From Mycobacterium leprae TN (GTDB lineage: Bacteria > Actinomycetota > Actinomycetes > Mycobacteriales > Mycobacteriaceae): DNA of 32,000 bases. Within the stretch, counting starts at the first letter, position 1; every line of letters starts with the position of its first letter. The DNA is taken from assembly GCF_000195855.1 (NCBI RefSeq), contig NC_002677.1, forward strand, positions 810,001-842,000, written 5' to 3'. Shown piece by piece: positions 30,070-32,000 of this stretch. A model generated the notes under the pieces. It saw only the letters and a program-made list of their open reading frames with translations. It ran no database searches and was not told the origin of the DNA. The translations under genes were made by a program, and so were the position numbers.

Positions 30070-30720
30070 AGCTACCAGTTGCTGGCCCAGCGTGCTGATG
30101 CCGCCCTGCGTTCCGAACGCAAGAGTTGAGATGGTCACCCCCTGATCTTTGGCTTGGCGTGCCGCAGTCTATCCACTGTAGTGGAGATCCTTGGGATCTG
30201 ATGGCTTGTTTTCCCGCCATCGACAGGAGTATGGTCCAGGAAGGCTGCGCGGAGGATATCTCCACCGGTTACGCTCGAGGCTTTGATTGCATGCAGTGTG
30301 GTCAAGATTGCCTCACCGGTCTCAGTGCCGTGGTCAAACTGTGAAGTTCTGCAACCTGTCAATGGTTGCATAGTGCCGCGGGGTCGGGGTATAACCAGGT
30401 GGGGCGTTCCCATGAAGCCAACCAGGCCCGAGATGATGCCTGGTGTCAGGCCTACTAGCGAACTGTGTGGTCGCTTTAAGCCGTTTGAGGTTGACGTCGG
30501 TTAGCCTGTATCGACTATGACATGTCGATGGTCACTATGACGACGGCGCGGCTGCGTGGCATATGCATGTCGTGGGTGGGTGTAGCCAGCGCCACCGGTA
30601 AGCAGGGTCGGGCATAGCAACTATACCATGATGGGAAGGTGCCGGCACGGCGACCTATGGTACCGATGCTTCGGTGAACCGGCTTAGGCGTCGTCCGCGT
30701 CGTTACTGTACGACGACATC
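30070..30720 (-). pseudogene. alpha/beta hydrolase fold-3 (esterase/lipase-like) pseudogene with internal deletion
   Basis: Minus-strand fragments: VAVPAPSHHGIVAMPD (compare VYFHGGGxVxGD), HVIVDTG.PTS (compare VVSVDYRLAPE), and ORF 30135..30413 with FDHGTETGEAILTTLHAIKASSVTG (compare FDPLRDEGEAYAxxLxxAGVxV). The conserved blocks are too close together, which suggests lost sequence. The boundaries are approximate. Confidence 0.4.
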
Positions 30721-30828
30721 GGCGAGTAGGGTCAGCGGCACTAAGCCGAACAGGAACGTGCCCGGTCGTTGGAACTCAAACAGCGGTAGCGGTCTGATGT
30801 TAGGAAGTGACATTAGGTTAACTTTCTC

Positions 30829-30856
30829 GTCTGCCGGCGGGTAACCGCCGACAGAC
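30829..30856 (-). terminator. candidate intrinsic terminator hairpin downstream of the Rv3311-like gene
   Basis: GTCTGCCGGCGG-GTAA-CCGCCGACAGAC: a 12-bp GC-rich stem with one C/T mismatch and a 4-nt loop, 26 nt past the stop at 30882. No U-tract follows. As I recall, tail-less hairpin terminators have been proposed for mycobacteria. Confidence 0.4.
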
Positions 30857-30881
30857 TCGCTGCGTCAGCAGAACGCAACCT

Positions 30882-31991
30882 TTATTCGAGTCGTAGCCGC
30901 GATTCCACGAACTGTTCCAACTTCTCCCATTCCCGTACCGCCGCAGAATACGGGGCGACCGGCTTGTCAACCGCGCTGGGACTCAACACATGGGCCACCA
31001 GCTTGCCCAGCGGACGATTCGTTTCCAGCGCCGTGTCTACGGCGCTTTCCTCGGAGTACTGGCCGATATCGCGGAGCAGCTCGACAGCCAGGTCCAGCTG
31101 GTCACGGTCCACGGCGTCCGGCCCATCAGCCAGATCGTCGCTTAACCCGCTGAGAACGTAGATGTTGTCGTCGGTGATGTCGATTGCCAGCGAGCCGTCC
31201 GTGGCGGCGGTACGGATGTCGTCGTAGGTGCTCAGATAGGACAAGTCATGGTCGTGCTCGTCTGCTAGGTAGCGGGCCAGCGCCCGCTCCGAGCTGAATA
31301 CGCTGATCCGACCGTTGCGGCCCAGGAAAATTGGATGATCGTCCAGGTAGCAGCGCAGTGTGTAGAAAGTGCCGGCCCCCGTCATGATCCGGACCGGGTC
31401 GATACCCACCTGTAGCCAAAAGTCTTTGTCGCTGCCCAGCACGACGGTGTCGCCGGCCGTACGGCTTTCGTCTTCGGTGTCGTCAGAGTTGTTTGCCTGA
31501 GCGGTCGCGCTATCGGCACCATCCTCGTCATCCGGCTCTACCTCCGGCTCTACGGGCTCCTCGGCTAGTTCGTCGGCGGCTTTGGCCGACATCGCAGCGT
31601 TGACCCTTGGGGTGCTGATGACCTTGTCAATCGCGCTCAGCACGTCATCCCAGCTTCGCCCGATGATTTCGGCGATCGAATTCCAGCGTCTCTGGCCGGC
31701 TCTACCGGTGAAATGCTCGATTCCGCCTGACACCGCGCCTAGGCTAGGATTGCCATTGAAGAATTTCGACACTGCGGGTAACTCACACACCGAACCGATG
31801 GACGCCACGATCGCCAGCGTTGCTGCCAGCGTGGTCACCGACTCGGCGGTCGGCTTCTCGGCGACCAACTCCTCGACAACGACCAGATCGAACTGATTGT
31901 CCTCGCTAGGATCGAGCTTGTGTGCGTGAACGGAAGTCAGGTCTTTCCACGCGGGGTGGTCGACCAGATCGTTGTCGGAGTCGGTGCGCAC
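30882..31991 (-). CDS. conserved mycobacterial protein of unknown function (Rv3311-like), possibly 5'-partial
   Basis: 369-codon uninterrupted ORF from the GTG at 31991. The frame stays open to the window edge, so the true start may lie beyond 32000. It contains an acidic linker, EEPVEPEVEPDDEDGADSATAQANNSDDTEDES. I recognise no catalytic motif. Confidence 0.7.
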   Translation of the reverse strand: MRTDSDNDLVDHPAWKDLTSVHAHKLDPSEDNQFDLVVVEELVAEKPTAESVTTLAATLAIVASIGSVCELPAVSKFFNGNPSLGAVSGGIEHFTGRAGQRRWNSIAEIIGRSWDDVLSAIDKVISTPRVNAAMSAKAADELAEEPVEPEVEPDDEDGADSATAQANNSDDTEDESRTAGDTVVLGSDKDFWLQVGIDPVRIMTGAGTFYTLRCYLDDHPIFLGRNGRISVFSSERALARYLADEHDHDLSYLSTYDDIRTAATDGSLAIDITDDNIYVLSGLSDDLADGPDAVDRDQLDLAVELLRDIGQYSEESAVDTALETNRPLGKLVAHVLSPSAVDKPVAPYSAAVREWEKLEQFVESRLRLE

Positions 31992-32000
31992 AAATGCGAC

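Overview
High-GC actinobacterial chromosome with extensive gene decay. Gene order and protein sequences match the Mycobacterium tuberculosis Rv3359 to Rv3311 interval as I recall it. The density of frameshifted genes points to Mycobacterium leprae or a very close relative. The Mtb comparisons here are from memory; no alignment was run.

Intact genes:
- folD, followed by a DUF3017 membrane protein and a DUF732 protein
- metA (MetX-type homoserine O-acetyltransferase)
- an alpha/beta hydrolase, trpS, and a YihY/BrkB-type membrane protein
- dacB1-like D,D-carboxypeptidase
- the sdhCDAB operon
- add
- an Rv3311-like protein of unknown function

Roughly half of the window is pseudogene debris:
- OYE oxidoreductase, FAD-linked oxidase, an IS110-family transposase and a REP13E12-type DUF222/HNH element
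- two SAM methyltransferases, metC and icd1
- a nagA / SIS-domain / sugI amino-sugar cluster
- a class III aminotransferase and sigJ
- an LLM oxidoreductase, a VWA membrane protein and an esterase

The best non-coding feature is an apparently intact SAM-IV riboswitch (minus strand, about 9703-9821). It sits upstream of the dead metC, which is followed directly by intact metA.

Other observations:
- short tandem duplications of 18, 24, 10 and 8 bp
- a deletion that joins the aminotransferase and sigJ remnants
- loss of cdd-deoA between sdhC and add
- two strongly AT-shifted segments

I saw no CRISPR array, tRNA or rRNA. I found no intact multi-gene accessory or defence system; every candidate accessory gene is broken.
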